Shown in pieces: positions 43,262 to 53,681 of a stretch of 64,000 bases of DNA. The notes under the pieces were generated by a model that was given only the letters and a program-made list of their open reading frames with translations, ran no database searches and had not been told where the DNA came from. The DNA comes from an uncultured Acidobacteriota bacterium. GTDB taxonomy: Bacteria; Acidobacteriota; Thermoanaerobaculia; Multivoradales; UBA5704. Positions within the stretch are counted from its first letter, which is position 1, and every line of letters starts with the position of its first letter. The translations under genes were made by a program, and so were the position numbers. The stretch lies in the NCBI GenBank assembly GCA_963770895.1, contig CAVYRF010000001.1, positions 448,001-512,000 of the forward strand. Direction: 5' to 3'.

Positions 43262-44419
43262 ATGAGCGCAGCACGCAGAATCCTGGTGGTCGACGACGTG
43301 GAGCAGAACCGGGTGCTCCTGGGCGGGCTGGTGCGCTCCCTGGGGTACGACGTCTGGACCGCCAGCGACGGCCTCGAAGCGCTCGCCATGGTGGCGGAGG
43401 GCGTCGACCTGGTGCTGCTCGACGTGATGATGCCGGGCCTGGACGGCTACGAAGTGTCCCGCCGCGTGCGCTCCGACCCGCGCACGCGCGACCTGCCGAT
43501 CATCCTGGTGACCGTGCTGGACAGCCGCGAGGACCGCGTCAAGGCGATTCAGGTGGGCGCCAGCGACTTCATCGCCAAGCCGGTGGACAAGAGCGAGCTG
43601 CTGGTGCGCATCTCGTCGCAGCTCAAGCTGAAGGAGGCCCAGGACGCGCTCAAGCGCGGGCAGGCCGAGCTGGAGGTGATCGTGGAGCGCCGCACCGAAG
43701 AGCTGCGGCGCAGCTGCGAGGAGGCCGCCGAAGCGCGGCGGCTGACCTATGCGGCGCACGTCGACACCATTCGCCGCCTGGTGCTGGCGGCGGAGATGAA
43801 AGACCCCGACACCGCCCGCCACATCGTGCGCATCGCCCGCTATAGCGCCGTGCTGGCGGGGGCGCTTTCCATGTCGCCGGCCGAAGGCGAAATCCTGGGC
43901 CACGCGGTGACCATGCACGACGTCGGCAAGATCGGCATCCCCGACGCCATCCTGTTCAAGCCGGGTGCGCTCAACCCGGCGGAAAGGGCGATCATGCAGC
44001 GCCACACCCTGATCGGCAGCCGCATGCTCGCCGACTCGCCGTCGGAGCTGATGCAGCTGGGCCACGTCGTGGCGCTGACCCACCACGAGCGCTGGGACGG
44101 CAAGGGGTACCCGCGCGGCCTGGCCGGCGAGCAGATCCCGCTGGCGGGGCGCATCTGCTCGGTCATCGACGTGTTCGACGCCATGACGTCGGAACGCCCC
44201 TACCGCCCCGCCATCTCGCCCGAGGCGGCGCTGGCGGCGATGGCGGAAGGCCGCGGCGCGCACTTCGACCCGCGCCTGCTGGACATCTTCCTGGACCGCC
44301 GCGACCAGGTGCTGGCGATCCGCAACCGCATCCTGGCCGAAGCGGTGCTCCTCGGCGCCGACCCGGTGGAGGACTATCCGGGAGTGCCGGGCCAGGCGGC
44401 AGCCCGGGCCGACGCATGA
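43262..44419 (+). CDS. Response regulator with HD-GYP phosphodiesterase (RpfG-like)
   Basis: REC domain (VVDD, LLDVMMP); HDVGK and HHERWDGKGYP. Confidence 0.93.
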   Translation: MSAARRILVVDDVEQNRVLLGGLVRSLGYDVWTASDGLEALAMVAEGVDLVLLDVMMPGLDGYEVSRRVRSDPRTRDLPIILVTVLDSREDRVKAIQVGASDFIAKPVDKSELLVRISSQLKLKEAQDALKRGQAELEVIVERRTEELRRSCEEAAEARRLTYAAHVDTIRRLVLAAEMKDPDTARHIVRIARYSAVLAGALSMSPAEGEILGHAVTMHDVGKIGIPDAILFKPGALNPAERAIMQRHTLIGSRMLADSPSELMQLGHVVALTHHERWDGKGYPRGLAGEQIPLAGRICSVIDVFDAMTSERPYRPAISPEAALAAMAEGRGAHFDPRLLDIFLDRRDQVLAIRNRILAEAVLLGADPVEDYPGVPGQAAARADA

Positions 44420-45048
44420 TCCGCGTCCTGATCGCCGACGACCACCCGGTGTTCCGTCTGGGCCTGAAGCGCGCCCTGGAGGCGGTGCCGGACCTGTCCG
44501 TGGTGGGCGAAGCGGAGAGCGGCGAAGAGACCCAGGCCAAGGCGCGCCAGTGCCGCCCCGACGTCGTGCTGCTGGACGTTTCGATGCCCGGCCGCGGCGG
44601 CCTTGAAACCGCCCAGGACTTGAAGCGCGACTACCCGCGCATGAAGGTGCTGATGCTCACCGTGCACCCGGAAGACCAGTACGCGGTGCGCTGCCTGAAG
44701 CTGGGAGCGGACGGCTACATCACCAAGGACGTGCCGCCCGATCTGCTGGTGCAGGCGCTGCGCAAGGTGGCGGCGGGCGGCAAATACGTCAGCCCGCAGC
44801 TGGCGGAGCGGCTGGCCAGCGACCTGGCGAGCGGCGGCGAAAAACCGGCGCACGAAGCGCTGTCCAGCCGGGAGTTCGAAGTGATGCGGCGCATCGCCGC
44901 CGGCCGCACCATCGGCCAGATCGCCGAAGAGCTGCACCTGAGCGTCAAGACGGTGAGCACCTACCGGTCGCGGGTGCTGCAGAAGATGAATCTGCGCACC
45001 AACGCCGACATCATGCACTACGCCTTTCGCGCCGGCCTGGAAAGCTGA
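44416..45048 (+). CDS. NarL/LuxR-family response regulator
   Basis: IADDH and LLDVSMP; C-terminal LSSREFEV...LSVKTVSTY HTH. Confidence 0.95.
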   Translation: MIRVLIADDHPVFRLGLKRALEAVPDLSVVGEAESGEETQAKARQCRPDVVLLDVSMPGRGGLETAQDLKRDYPRMKVLMLTVHPEDQYAVRCLKLGADGYITKDVPPDLLVQALRKVAAGGKYVSPQLAERLASDLASGGEKPAHEALSSREFEVMRRIAAGRTIGQIAEELHLSVKTVSTYRSRVLQKMNLRTNADIMHYAFRAGLES

Positions 45049-46040
45049 TCCGCTTCGCCCAGGGGCGGCGCCGCCAGCCAGGCCCGCCGCCCGCCGTAGG
45101 GCCGGCGCGCCCCGCCGCGGCGCCCGGTGTCGCGGGCATCGCCCGCGTTGTCCGCATTGCTCGCATTGTCCGCATCGCTCGCATTGTCCGCATCGCGGGC
45201 ATCCTTGGCATCTCCTGGAACGCCAGGCGCTTCCAGCGTGGCGCCGGCCGCGGCGGCGGCGCGCTCGACGGTGCTGGCCAGCCGCCGCGCGGCCGCGCTG
45301 GCGGCCCGGCTGCTGGCGATGCGGGCGGCGCGAGCGGCGCGGGCGGCACTGGCGATGCGCGCCATGCCGGCGGCGCCGGTAAGGCGGGCGACGTCGGCGG
45401 CATCGGCGACATGGGCGAGGTCGGCGGTCGGGGCGACGTTGGCGCCGTTGGCGGCATTGGCGACGTTGGGAACGTTGCCGATGTTGGCGACGTCAGGGAT
45501 GTTGGCGGCGTTGGCGAATTTGGCGCCGGCGGCCGGTTCGATCCAGGCTTGCAGCGCGACGCGATCGGGCGGCTGGTTGGTGGCGGCCAGGATGACGGTG
45601 CCGCCGCCCGGCGGCAGGTGGTGGCGCGCTTCGAGCGCCATCGACAGCAGCAGGTGGTGCAGGTGGAGAGGTTGTCCGGCGAGCGCGCGCAGGTCGGACG
45701 GGTAGCGGACGATGAAGGCGACGTCGGACGAAAAAGCGATGGCGCCCAGCTTCTGCACGTCGGCGAGCAGGTACTGCGGCTGGAACAGGGTCGGTTCGCC
45801 GTCGATGCCGCGCGCCAGCCAGTGCAGCTGGCGGCCGGCGTGCTGCAGGCGCCGGGCGACGCCGCCCAGCGACAGCAGCATTTCACGGTCGGCGGGTTCC
45901 CGGCAGCTGGGCTCCAGCAGCTCGACGCACAACGCCACCGAGGCGGCGAGGTTGTTCATCTCGTGCGTCACGCCGCCGGCCAGCGCCGCCAGGCTTTCCA
46001 GCCGGCTGAGCCGCAACGTGCGGCTCGCGGCGGGCTTCAC
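45018..46040 (-). CDS. Degenerate histidine kinase (HisKA intact, ATPase domain eroded, low-complexity tail)
   Basis: LAGGVTHEMNN H-box. The N-box is degenerate and no G-boxes are visible; ANxxxV and DNAS repeats follow. Confidence 0.6.
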   Translation of the reverse strand: MKPAASRTLRLSRLESLAALAGGVTHEMNNLAASVALCVELLEPSCREPADREMLLSLGGVARRLQHAGRQLHWLARGIDGEPTLFQPQYLLADVQKLGAIAFSSDVAFIVRYPSDLRALAGQPLHLHHLLLSMALEARHHLPPGGGTVILAATNQPPDRVALQAWIEPAAGAKFANAANIPDVANIGNVPNVANAANGANVAPTADLAHVADAADVARLTGAAGMARIASAARAARAARIASSRAASAAARRLASTVERAAAAAGATLEAPGVPGDAKDARDADNASDADNASNADNAGDARDTGRRGGARRPYGGRRAWLAAPPLGEADQLSRPARKA

Positions 46041-46468
46041 AGGCGATGTTCCAGGCGCTCCTCGCCGCGCGCGTCGCAGCGAGCGTGCAGCAGCTCCAGG
46101 ATCTGGCGGCTGAACGTGCGGGTATCGAGCGGCTTGGTGAAATAGGCGTCGCAGCCGACCGCGAAGGCGGCTTCGCGGTCGCCCTTCATGGCCCGCGCGG
46201 TGAGCACGACGACGCAGATGTCCGACGTCGCCGGATCGGCCTTCAGGCGGCGGGTCGCTTCCAGGCCGTCCATGCCGGGAAGCGCCACGTCCACCAGCAT
46301 GAGGTCGGGCTGAGCGTGGCTGGCCAGCGCCAGCGCTTCTTCCGCGGTGGTCGACAGCAGCACCGCAAGGCCTTCGGCTTCAAGCAGATCGCGCACCAGT
46401 TCGACGTTGAGGGGACGGTCCTCCACCAGGAGGACGCGATAAGGGCTGGGCGGGGTCGCGCTGTTCAT
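46037..46468 (-). CDS. Single-domain response regulator (DivK/CheY-like)
   Basis: VLLVED, LVDVALPGMDG, LTARAMKGDRE and FTKP. Confidence 0.9.
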   Translation of the reverse strand: MNSATPPSPYRVLLVEDRPLNVELVRDLLEAEGLAVLLSTTAEEALALASHAQPDLMLVDVALPGMDGLEATRRLKADPATSDICVVVLTARAMKGDREAAFAVGCDAYFTKPLDTRTFSRQILELLHARCDARGEERLEHRL

Positions 46469-46685
46469 AACACTTAGTTGCTGAATCATGATGAGAAGAG
46501 TACAGCATCGTTCGGCATATGGCGAGCCCCCATCTCTTCAAATCGTGAAGTGGGTCATGATTCTCCCGGGTACTGTTCAGTCTACACCCAACCTGCCATA
46601 CCCCAGCCAGGTTTATGTGACAGGTGGGCGGAGCTGCCCGCCGTGCCTCGCCTGGTCCGGCGCCATCGGATACACTCTCCCGGCC

Positions 46686-47618
46686 ATGAAGCTGGGCGAC
46701 CTCGACATCACTCTTGTGCACGACGGCGATTTCCGTCTGGACGGCGGCGCCATGTTCGGCGTCATCCCGCGCGCGCTGTGGGAAAAGGCCAAACCGCCGG
46801 ACGACCGCAACCGCATCCACATGGCGACCAACTGCCTTTTGATCGCGCGCGGCGACCAGCTGCTGCTGGTCGACTCCGGCATCGGCGACAAGAACGACGC
46901 GCGCTTCCGCGACATGTTCGGCATGGACCCGGCGGCGGTGCGGCTGCCCGCGGCCATCCGCCACGCCGGCTACCAGGTGGAGCAGGTGACGCAGGTGCTT
47001 CTGACCCACCTGCACTTCGATCACTGCGGCTGGAACACGCGGGTGCGCGACGGCGGCGCGGCGGCGGCGATGGCGGACCTGGTGCCGACGTTTCCCAACG
47101 CCACCTACTGGCTGGAGCAGGGAGAGGTCCAGCACGCCCGCCATCCCAACGAGCGCGACCGGGCGAGCTACGACCCGCGCAACTGGGAGCCGCTGTTTGC
47201 CGCCGGGGCGGTGCGCCTGTTCGACGGCGACGCGGGGGCCAGCCCGCTGCCCGGCGTGCGGGCGATCAAGGTGCCCGGGCATAACGCCAGCATGTGTATC
47301 GTTTTGCTCGATGGCGGCAGCGGTGAGGCGGCGCCCTACGGCGACAAGGCGGTCTTCCTTGCCGACCTGGTGCCCACCGCGGCGCACGTCGCCTACCCCT
47401 GGATCATGTCCTACGACCTCTACCCGATGACCACCCTGGACAACAAGAAGCTGTGGCTGCCGCGGCTGGCCGCGGAGGGGTGGCTGGCGATCTTCCAGCA
47501 CGAAGCCGAACATCCCGTGGGTCGCATCGTCGAGGAGAAACCGGGCCGATTCCGCGCCATGCCCGAAACGGTGCTCGCGCGCGCGGGCGCCGCCGGCGCA
47601 GTCCCTATCCCCCCGTAG
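46686..47618 (+). CDS. MBL-fold metallo-hydrolase (YtnP-like)
   Basis: LDGGAMFGVIP, THLHFDHCG, PGH, ADLVP and YDLYP. Confidence 0.92.
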   Translation: MKLGDLDITLVHDGDFRLDGGAMFGVIPRALWEKAKPPDDRNRIHMATNCLLIARGDQLLLVDSGIGDKNDARFRDMFGMDPAAVRLPAAIRHAGYQVEQVTQVLLTHLHFDHCGWNTRVRDGGAAAAMADLVPTFPNATYWLEQGEVQHARHPNERDRASYDPRNWEPLFAAGAVRLFDGDAGASPLPGVRAIKVPGHNASMCIVLLDGGSGEAAPYGDKAVFLADLVPTAAHVAYPWIMSYDLYPMTTLDNKKLWLPRLAAEGWLAIFQHEAEHPVGRIVEEKPGRFRAMPETVLARAGAAGAVPIPP

Positions 47619-47630
47619 TCCGGAGACCCG

Positions 47631-49031
47631 ATGGCGCAAGAAGACTTCGACCTCATCATCATCGGCAGCGGTCCTGGCGGGTACGTTGCCGGCATCCGCG
47701 CCGGTCAGCTCGGCTTGAAGGTGGCGGTGATCGAAAAGGACCCCAAGTTCGGCGGCACCTGCCTGCACCGCGGCTGCATCCCGACCAAGGCGCTGCTGCA
47801 CACGGCGTCGCTGCTCGACGAGATCCGCGGCAGCGCCGAGCACGGCATCCAGGTGGCGGCGCCAACCCTGGACATCGCCCGCGCCCACGAGCGCAAGCGC
47901 AAGGTGGTGGACAAGAACGCGCGCGGCATCGAAGCGCTGTTCAAGAAGTACCACGTCGACGGCATGATCCAGGGGACGGGCCGGCTGGTGGGCCCCAACC
48001 AGGTGGAGGTGCAGGACAAGGACGGCCGCCGCGTGCTGACCGGCCGCTTCATCATGATCGCCACCGGCTCGGTGCCGCGCGACGTGCCGATCGCCCCCGC
48101 CGACGGCGAACGGGTGCTCAACTCCGACCACGTGCTGACCCTCGAGCGGGTGCCCAAGTCGATCGCCGTGCTGGGCGCCGGTGCCGTGGGCACTGAATTC
48201 GCGTCGCTCTACGCCAGCTTCGGCAGCGAGGTGACGCTGATCGAAATGCTGCCGCGCATCCTGCCGATCGAAGACGAAGAGGTGTCGGCGGAGCTGGAGC
48301 GCGCCCTGCGCAAGCGCAAGATCAAGGTGCTGACCGGCGCCCGCATGAGCGGCGTCGAGCGCACCCAGGCCGGCGTCAAGATGGCGCTGGAGCGTCAGGG
48401 CAAGAGCGAGACGTTGGAAGCCGAGCTGCTGCTGTCGGCGGTGGGGCGGCGGCCGGTGACCGAAGGGCTGGGGCTGGAGGCGCTGGGGGTGCAGGTCGAG
48501 CGCGGCTACGTCCAGATCAACCCGCTGATGCAGACCGCGGTGCCGCACATCTACGCCATCGGCGACGTGGTCAACACGCCGTGGCTGGCGCACGTCGCGT
48601 CGGCCGAAGGCATCCTGGCGGTGGAGCACATGGCCGGCCAGAAGGTGCGGCCGATCAACTACGACCACGTGCCGTCGTGCACCTACTGCGACCCGGAAGT
48701 CGGCAGCGTGGGCCTGAGCGAAGCCAAGGCCAAAGAGCGCGGCTACGACGTGGCGGTCGGCAAGTTCCCCTTCACCGCGCTGGGCAAGGCGGCGATCATC
48801 GGCCACACCACCGGCTTCGTCAAGGTGGTGCGCGAAACCAAGTACGACGAGCTGCTCGGCGTCCACATCATCGGCGCCAGCGCCACCGACCTGATCGCCG
48901 AAGCCTGTGCGGCGCTGCAGATGGAAGCCACCGACGAAGAGCTGATCCACACCATCCACGCCCACCCGACGCTGTCCGAAGCGGTCGGGGAGGCCGCCCA
49001 CGCCGCCCATGGCCACGCGATCCACTTCTAG
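47631..49031 (+). CDS. lpdA: Dihydrolipoyl dehydrogenase (E3)
   Basis: GSGPGGY, GGTCLHRGCIPTK and HAHPTLSE. Confidence 0.97.
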   Translation: MAQEDFDLIIIGSGPGGYVAGIRAGQLGLKVAVIEKDPKFGGTCLHRGCIPTKALLHTASLLDEIRGSAEHGIQVAAPTLDIARAHERKRKVVDKNARGIEALFKKYHVDGMIQGTGRLVGPNQVEVQDKDGRRVLTGRFIMIATGSVPRDVPIAPADGERVLNSDHVLTLERVPKSIAVLGAGAVGTEFASLYASFGSEVTLIEMLPRILPIEDEEVSAELERALRKRKIKVLTGARMSGVERTQAGVKMALERQGKSETLEAELLLSAVGRRPVTEGLGLEALGVQVERGYVQINPLMQTAVPHIYAIGDVVNTPWLAHVASAEGILAVEHMAGQKVRPINYDHVPSCTYCDPEVGSVGLSEAKAKERGYDVAVGKFPFTALGKAAIIGHTTGFVKVVRETKYDELLGVHIIGASATDLIAEACAALQMEATDEELIHTIHAHPTLSEAVGEAAHAAHGHAIHF

Positions 49032-50265
49032 CAAGGCGGCGGGCGCTGGGGCCGGGGCCGGCTCCAATGGCAAGAATGCCGGCGGCCGGCGGGCGAGCGC
49101 CGCGCATCCGGTGGATGCGGCGGCTGACGGCGCGCTGCCGCCGATGGCCCCGACCGACCTGCCGCGCGAGCGGCAGATCGAGCTCTACCGCTTCATGAAG
49201 CTCAACCGCATGGTGGAGGAGCGGCTGGGCAACCTCTACCGGCAGGGCAAGGTGGTGGGCGGGCTGTACTCCAGCCGCGGCCAGGAGGCGACGTCGGTGG
49301 GCAGCGCCTATGCGCTGGCGCCCCAGGACTTCATGGGGCCGCTCATCCGCAACCTGGGCTCGATGCTGGTGCGCGGCGTGGCGCCGCGCGAAGTGATGAT
49401 GCAGTACATGGCCAAGGGGGGCAGCCCGACCGGCGGCAAGGACGGCAACACCCACTTCGGCGACCTGCGGCGCGGCCTGGTGGCGCCGATCTCCATGCTG
49501 GGCGCGCTCATCCCGGTGATGGCTGGGGTGGCGCTGGCCGGCCGCATGCAGGGGCGCGACCTGGTGGCGCTGACCTACATCGGCGACGGCGGCACTTCGA
49601 CCGGCGACTTCCACGAAGGCATCAACCTGGCGGCGGTGCTGCAGGTGCCGCTGGTGGTCATCGCCGAACACAACGGCTACGCCTACTCGACGCCGACCGC
49701 GCGGCAGATGCGCATCCCGGACATCGCGATGCGCGCCGCCGCCTACGGCATTCCCGGGGAAATCGTCGACGGCAACGACGTGCTGGCGGTCTACGCCGTG
49801 ACCCGCAAGGCGGTGGAGCGGGCGCGCGCCGGCGGCGGGCCGACGCTGATCGAATCCAAGACCTTCCGCATGAAGGGGCACGCCGAGCACGACGACGCGG
49901 GCTACGTGCCGCCGGCGCTGTTCGAAACCTGGCGCCGGCGCGACCCGATCGAGCGTTTCGAGCGCCACCTGCTGGCGGCCGGCCTGATCAGCGAAGAGGA
50001 GATCCAGCAGATCGTCGCCGCGATCGACACCGAGCTGGTGGCGGAGATGGACTTCGCCCTGGCCTCGCCGATGCCGCCGCCGGAGCGCGCCTTCGAAGGG
50101 GTGTACGCGGTGGCCGACGAGGGCGAACACGGCGATCGCAGGGAGCGCGGCGAGGGCACCGGCAGCGGTGCCGGCGGGGGCAGCGGCGCCCCGGCGGGGT
50201 CGGCGGGGTCGGCGGGCGGCCCCGCGGGGGCGGCGGGCGGGGCGGCCGGCGAGGTGGCTCGATGA
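49009..50265 (+). CDS. 2-oxoacid dehydrogenase E1 alpha subunit
   Basis: GQEA, TPP motif GDGGTSTGDFHEGIN and RMKGHAEHD. The start could be 49144. Confidence 0.93.
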   Translation: MATRSTSSKAAGAGAGAGSNGKNAGGRRASAAHPVDAAADGALPPMAPTDLPRERQIELYRFMKLNRMVEERLGNLYRQGKVVGGLYSSRGQEATSVGSAYALAPQDFMGPLIRNLGSMLVRGVAPREVMMQYMAKGGSPTGGKDGNTHFGDLRRGLVAPISMLGALIPVMAGVALAGRMQGRDLVALTYIGDGGTSTGDFHEGINLAAVLQVPLVVIAEHNGYAYSTPTARQMRIPDIAMRAAAYGIPGEIVDGNDVLAVYAVTRKAVERARAGGGPTLIESKTFRMKGHAEHDDAGYVPPALFETWRRRDPIERFERHLLAAGLISEEEIQQIVAAIDTELVAEMDFALASPMPPPERAFEGVYAVADEGEHGDRRERGEGTGSGAGGGSGAPAGSAGSAGGPAGAAGGAAGEVAR

Positions 50266-51245
50266 GCGAGATCACCATGCTGGAAGCCATCCGCCAGGCG
50301 ATGTGGGATGAGATGGAAGGCGACCTGCGCGTCTTCCTGCTGGGCCAGGACGTGGGCACCTACGGCGGGCCGTTCCGGGTCACCGCCGGGATGCTGGACC
50401 GCTTCGGCCCCGAGCGGGTGATCGACACGCCGATCAGCGAATCGGCCATGGTCGGCACGGCGATCGGCGCCGCCATGATGGGCATGCGGCCGATCGTGGA
50501 GATGCAGTTCATCGATTTCATCTCCTGCGCCTTCAACCAGATCATCAACTTCGCCGGTCCCAACCACTACCGCTGGGGCCAGCGGGTGCCGCTGGTGATC
50601 CGCGGGCCGGCGGGCGGCAACGTCCACGGGTCGGCTTTCCACAGCCAGAATCCCGAGTCGTACTTCCAGCACACGCCGGGTCTCAAGATCGCGGTGCCGG
50701 CGACCGTCGCCGACGCCTACGGCCTGCTGCGGGCGGCCATCCAGGACCCCAACCCGGTGCTGTACTTCGAGCACAAGTACCTCTACCGGCGGATCAAGGA
50801 TGAGCTGCCGGCGGACCGGGACGCGGCGGTGGTGCCGCTGGGCAAGGCGCGCCTGGCGCGCGCCGGGCGCGACCTGTCCGTCATCACCTACGGTGCTATG
50901 CTGCACGTGGCGCTGGAGGCGGCCGAACGCCTCGCCGGTCAGGACGGCATCGATCTTGAAATCCTTGACCTGCGCACCATCAAGCCTCTCGACGAAGAGG
51001 CGATCCTGGCGACGGTGCGCCATACCCACCGGGTGCTGGTCCTTACCGAAGAGCAGTTGAGCGGCTCGGTGGCAGGGGAAGTGGCGGCCCGCATCGGCGA
51101 GCGCGCCTTCGCGTGGCTCGACGGGCCGGTGCACCGGCTCTGCTGTCCCGACACGCCGGTGCCCTACAGCCCCACACTTGAAGAGGCGTATCTGCCTGAC
51201 GTCGAAAAGCTCGTCGCCCGCGTGCGCGAGCTGGCAAGCTACTGA
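50262..51245 (+). CDS. 2-oxoacid dehydrogenase E1 beta subunit
   Basis: RVIDTPISE, EMQFIDF, FHSQ, FEHK and DLRTIKPLD. Confidence 0.95.
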   Translation: MSEITMLEAIRQAMWDEMEGDLRVFLLGQDVGTYGGPFRVTAGMLDRFGPERVIDTPISESAMVGTAIGAAMMGMRPIVEMQFIDFISCAFNQIINFAGPNHYRWGQRVPLVIRGPAGGNVHGSAFHSQNPESYFQHTPGLKIAVPATVADAYGLLRAAIQDPNPVLYFEHKYLYRRIKDELPADRDAAVVPLGKARLARAGRDLSVITYGAMLHVALEAAERLAGQDGIDLEILDLRTIKPLDEEAILATVRHTHRVLVLTEEQLSGSVAGEVAARIGERAFAWLDGPVHRLCCPDTPVPYSPTLEEAYLPDVEKLVARVRELASY

Positions 51246-51318
51246 GGCAACTGGAGGCTGGCGGCGCCCCGGCGCGCCGGCGGCCCAAGGCGGCCACCAC
51301 AACCGGAGACGGAGTGCT

Positions 51319-52924
51319 ATGGCAACGGAAGTCGTGATGCCCCAGATGGGCGAGTCGATCGCTGAGGGAACGATCACCAGGTGGCTGGTCAAGGTCGGCG
51401 ACAAGGTCGAGCGCGACCAGCCGCTGTTCGAAATCTCGACCGACAAGGTCGACGCGGAGATTCCCAGCCCCGCCGCCGGCGTCCTGCTGGAGATCCGCAA
51501 CCAGGAAGGCGAGACGGTGCCGGTCAACCAGGTCGTGGCCAAGATCGGCGCCGCCGGCGACGCCGCGGCCAGCCCGGCCGGCGCCGCCGCTCCGGCGGCC
51601 GCGCCTGCGCCCGCCGCCGCAGCCCCGGCGGCTGCTCCCGCGGCTCCGGCGGCGGCTGCCCCGGCGGCGGCGCCCGCTGCAGCCCCGGCGGCAACGCCGG
51701 CGGCCGCTGCCGCGGCTCCAGCGCGCCAGGAGGCTCCTGCCGCGGCTCCGGCTCAGGCTGCCACCCCTGCCCCTGCGGCACCGGCCCCCGCTGCCGCGGC
51801 CGCTCCTGCCACCGCGGCGGCGGCTCCGGCCCCCGCCCCGGCTCAGGCCGCTGCCCAGACCGGCGGCGAAGAGTCGGAGCAGGAACGGCTGCGCAAGTTC
51901 TCCAGCCCGCTGGTGCGCAGCATCGCCGCCAAGGAAGGCGTCGACCTGCAAGGGGTCTGCAGGCACCGGCGCCTACGGCCGGGTGACCAAGGCCGACATC
52001 CTGTCCCACCTGGAGCAGCGCGGCGCAGCCCCGGCCGGTGGCTCGGCAGCCCCGGCTCCCGCCGCCGCTGCTCAGCCCGTTGCTGCGGCGGCCCAGCCTG
52101 CCGCGGCTCCCGCCGCGGCGCCGACGCCCGCCGCCGCCAGCGCGGCCGCGGTGCCTGCCCAGCGGCCCACCGGCGGTTTCTCGGTGCCGGCCTACCTGGA
52201 AGGCGAAAACGTCGAGATCGAGCCGATGTCGAAGATCCGGCAGATCACCGCCGCCCACATGGTGTACTCCAAGGCGACCTCGGCCCACGTCACCACGCTC
52301 TTCCACTTCGACATGTCCCGCATCGCCCGCGCCCGCGCCCGCGCCAAGGACAAGTTCGCCAAGATGGAAGGCACCAAGCTCACCTACATGCCCTTCATCT
52401 TCAAGGGCGTCGTCAACGGCCTCAAGGCCCACCGCAAGGTCAACGCCTCGATCGACGGCACCAACATCGTCTACAAGAACGACATCAACCTGGGCATGGC
52501 CGTCGACCTGGGCCACGGCCTGATCGTGCCGGTGATCAAGCACGCCGACCGCCTCAACCTGGTCGGCCTGGCCAAGGCCGCCAACGACCTGGCCGACCGC
52601 GCCCGCAACAAGAAGCTGAAGCCCGAGGAGGTCCAGGGCGGCACCTTCACCATCACCAACCCCGGCGTCTTCGGCAGCCTGTTCGGCACCCCGATCATCA
52701 ACCAGCCCCAGGTCGCCATCCTGGGCGTCGGCGCCATCGAAAAGCGCCCGGTGGTGGTCGAAGACCAGGACGGCAACGACACCCTGGCGATCAAGACCAT
52801 GTGCTACTTCGGCATCACCTACGACCACCGCCTGGTCGACGGCGCCGACGCCGACCGCTTCATGAACGACGTCAAGAAGACGCTGGAAACCGACACCTGG
52901 ACCGAGCTCGAACCCTACTCCTGA
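51319..52924 (+). CDS. 2-oxoacid dehydrogenase E2 acyltransferase (one apparent frameshift near 51958)
   Basis: Lipoyl motif EISTDKV, Ala/Pro linker and SPLVRSIA. The frame shifts into GTGAYGRVTKAD...TFTITNPG...DHRLVDG. Confidence 0.9.
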
Positions 52925-52935
52925 GGCCCCGCGCC

Positions 52936-53547
52936 ATGTCACAACCCGCCGATCCGGTGCCGCAGACGCCAGGCCCCGCCCGCTCTCTGGTCAACCTGGA
53001 GGGCACGGGCGGCGCGCCCACCGACCCTGCCGCGCCGTTCGGCTGCTCCCCGGCCGACCAGGCCGGGGCCTCCGGCCAGGCGGTCCCGGCCGACCCTGCC
53101 GACCCCGCCGCCGCTGCCGCCGCCGCGGACGACGGCTTGGCCCGTCGCGTCGACGGCGGCGACGGCATCTTCGTCATCCGCGGCAGCTCCACCCACCGCG
53201 ACTGGAACGGCATCCGCTACAAGACCGGCCTGTCGGCAAAGAACGTCGCCGCCAAAAACCTGTCCATGAACGTCGCCACCATCCCACCGGGCGGCGTCGC
53301 CTATGCCCACATCCACGTCGATTTCGAGGTGATGCTCTACATCCTGGTCGGCCGCGTCCGCCACGAATACGGCCCCAACCTGGCGACGTCCATCGACAAC
53401 GAAGCCGGCGACTTCATCTTCATCCAGCCCGGCATCCCGCACGAAGTCAAAAACCTCAGCGACAGCGAGCCCGTCGTCGCCGTGGTCGCCCGCTCCGACG
53501 CCAGCGAGTGGGAAAACATCATCCCCTACCCTCGCCGTCCCGCCTGA
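52936..53547 (+). CDS. Cupin domain protein
   Basis: IPPGGVAYAHIH...E and GDFIFIQPGIPHEVKN cupin motifs. The N-terminal low-complexity part and the start are uncertain. Confidence 0.82.
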   Translation: MSQPADPVPQTPGPARSLVNLEGTGGAPTDPAAPFGCSPADQAGASGQAVPADPADPAAAAAAADDGLARRVDGGDGIFVIRGSSTHRDWNGIRYKTGLSAKNVAAKNLSMNVATIPPGGVAYAHIHVDFEVMLYILVGRVRHEYGPNLATSIDNEAGDFIFIQPGIPHEVKNLSDSEPVVAVVARSDASEWENIIPYPRRPA

Positions 53548-53681
53548 GCCGCCGCACCCGCGCCGGCGGCGCCGGCCGGCTACCGTCCCGCACCGGCATC
53601 TAAAAGGGGCCGCGGTGTCGGACGGACTCCGAGGTCGGAGGCCGCCCCACGTGTTGCGGCGATCCTGGCTGCCGCCTGCCC

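Noticed and set aside
35007-46624. Shared ATGTGACAGG 10-mer at ~35007 and ~46615 as a CRP site or ECF -35
   Set aside because: There is no second CRP half-site and no matching ECF -10 at the expected spacing; it could be chance.
51560-52160. Ala/Pro repeats as a repeat element
   Set aside because: They are the normal flexible linkers of E2 subunits.
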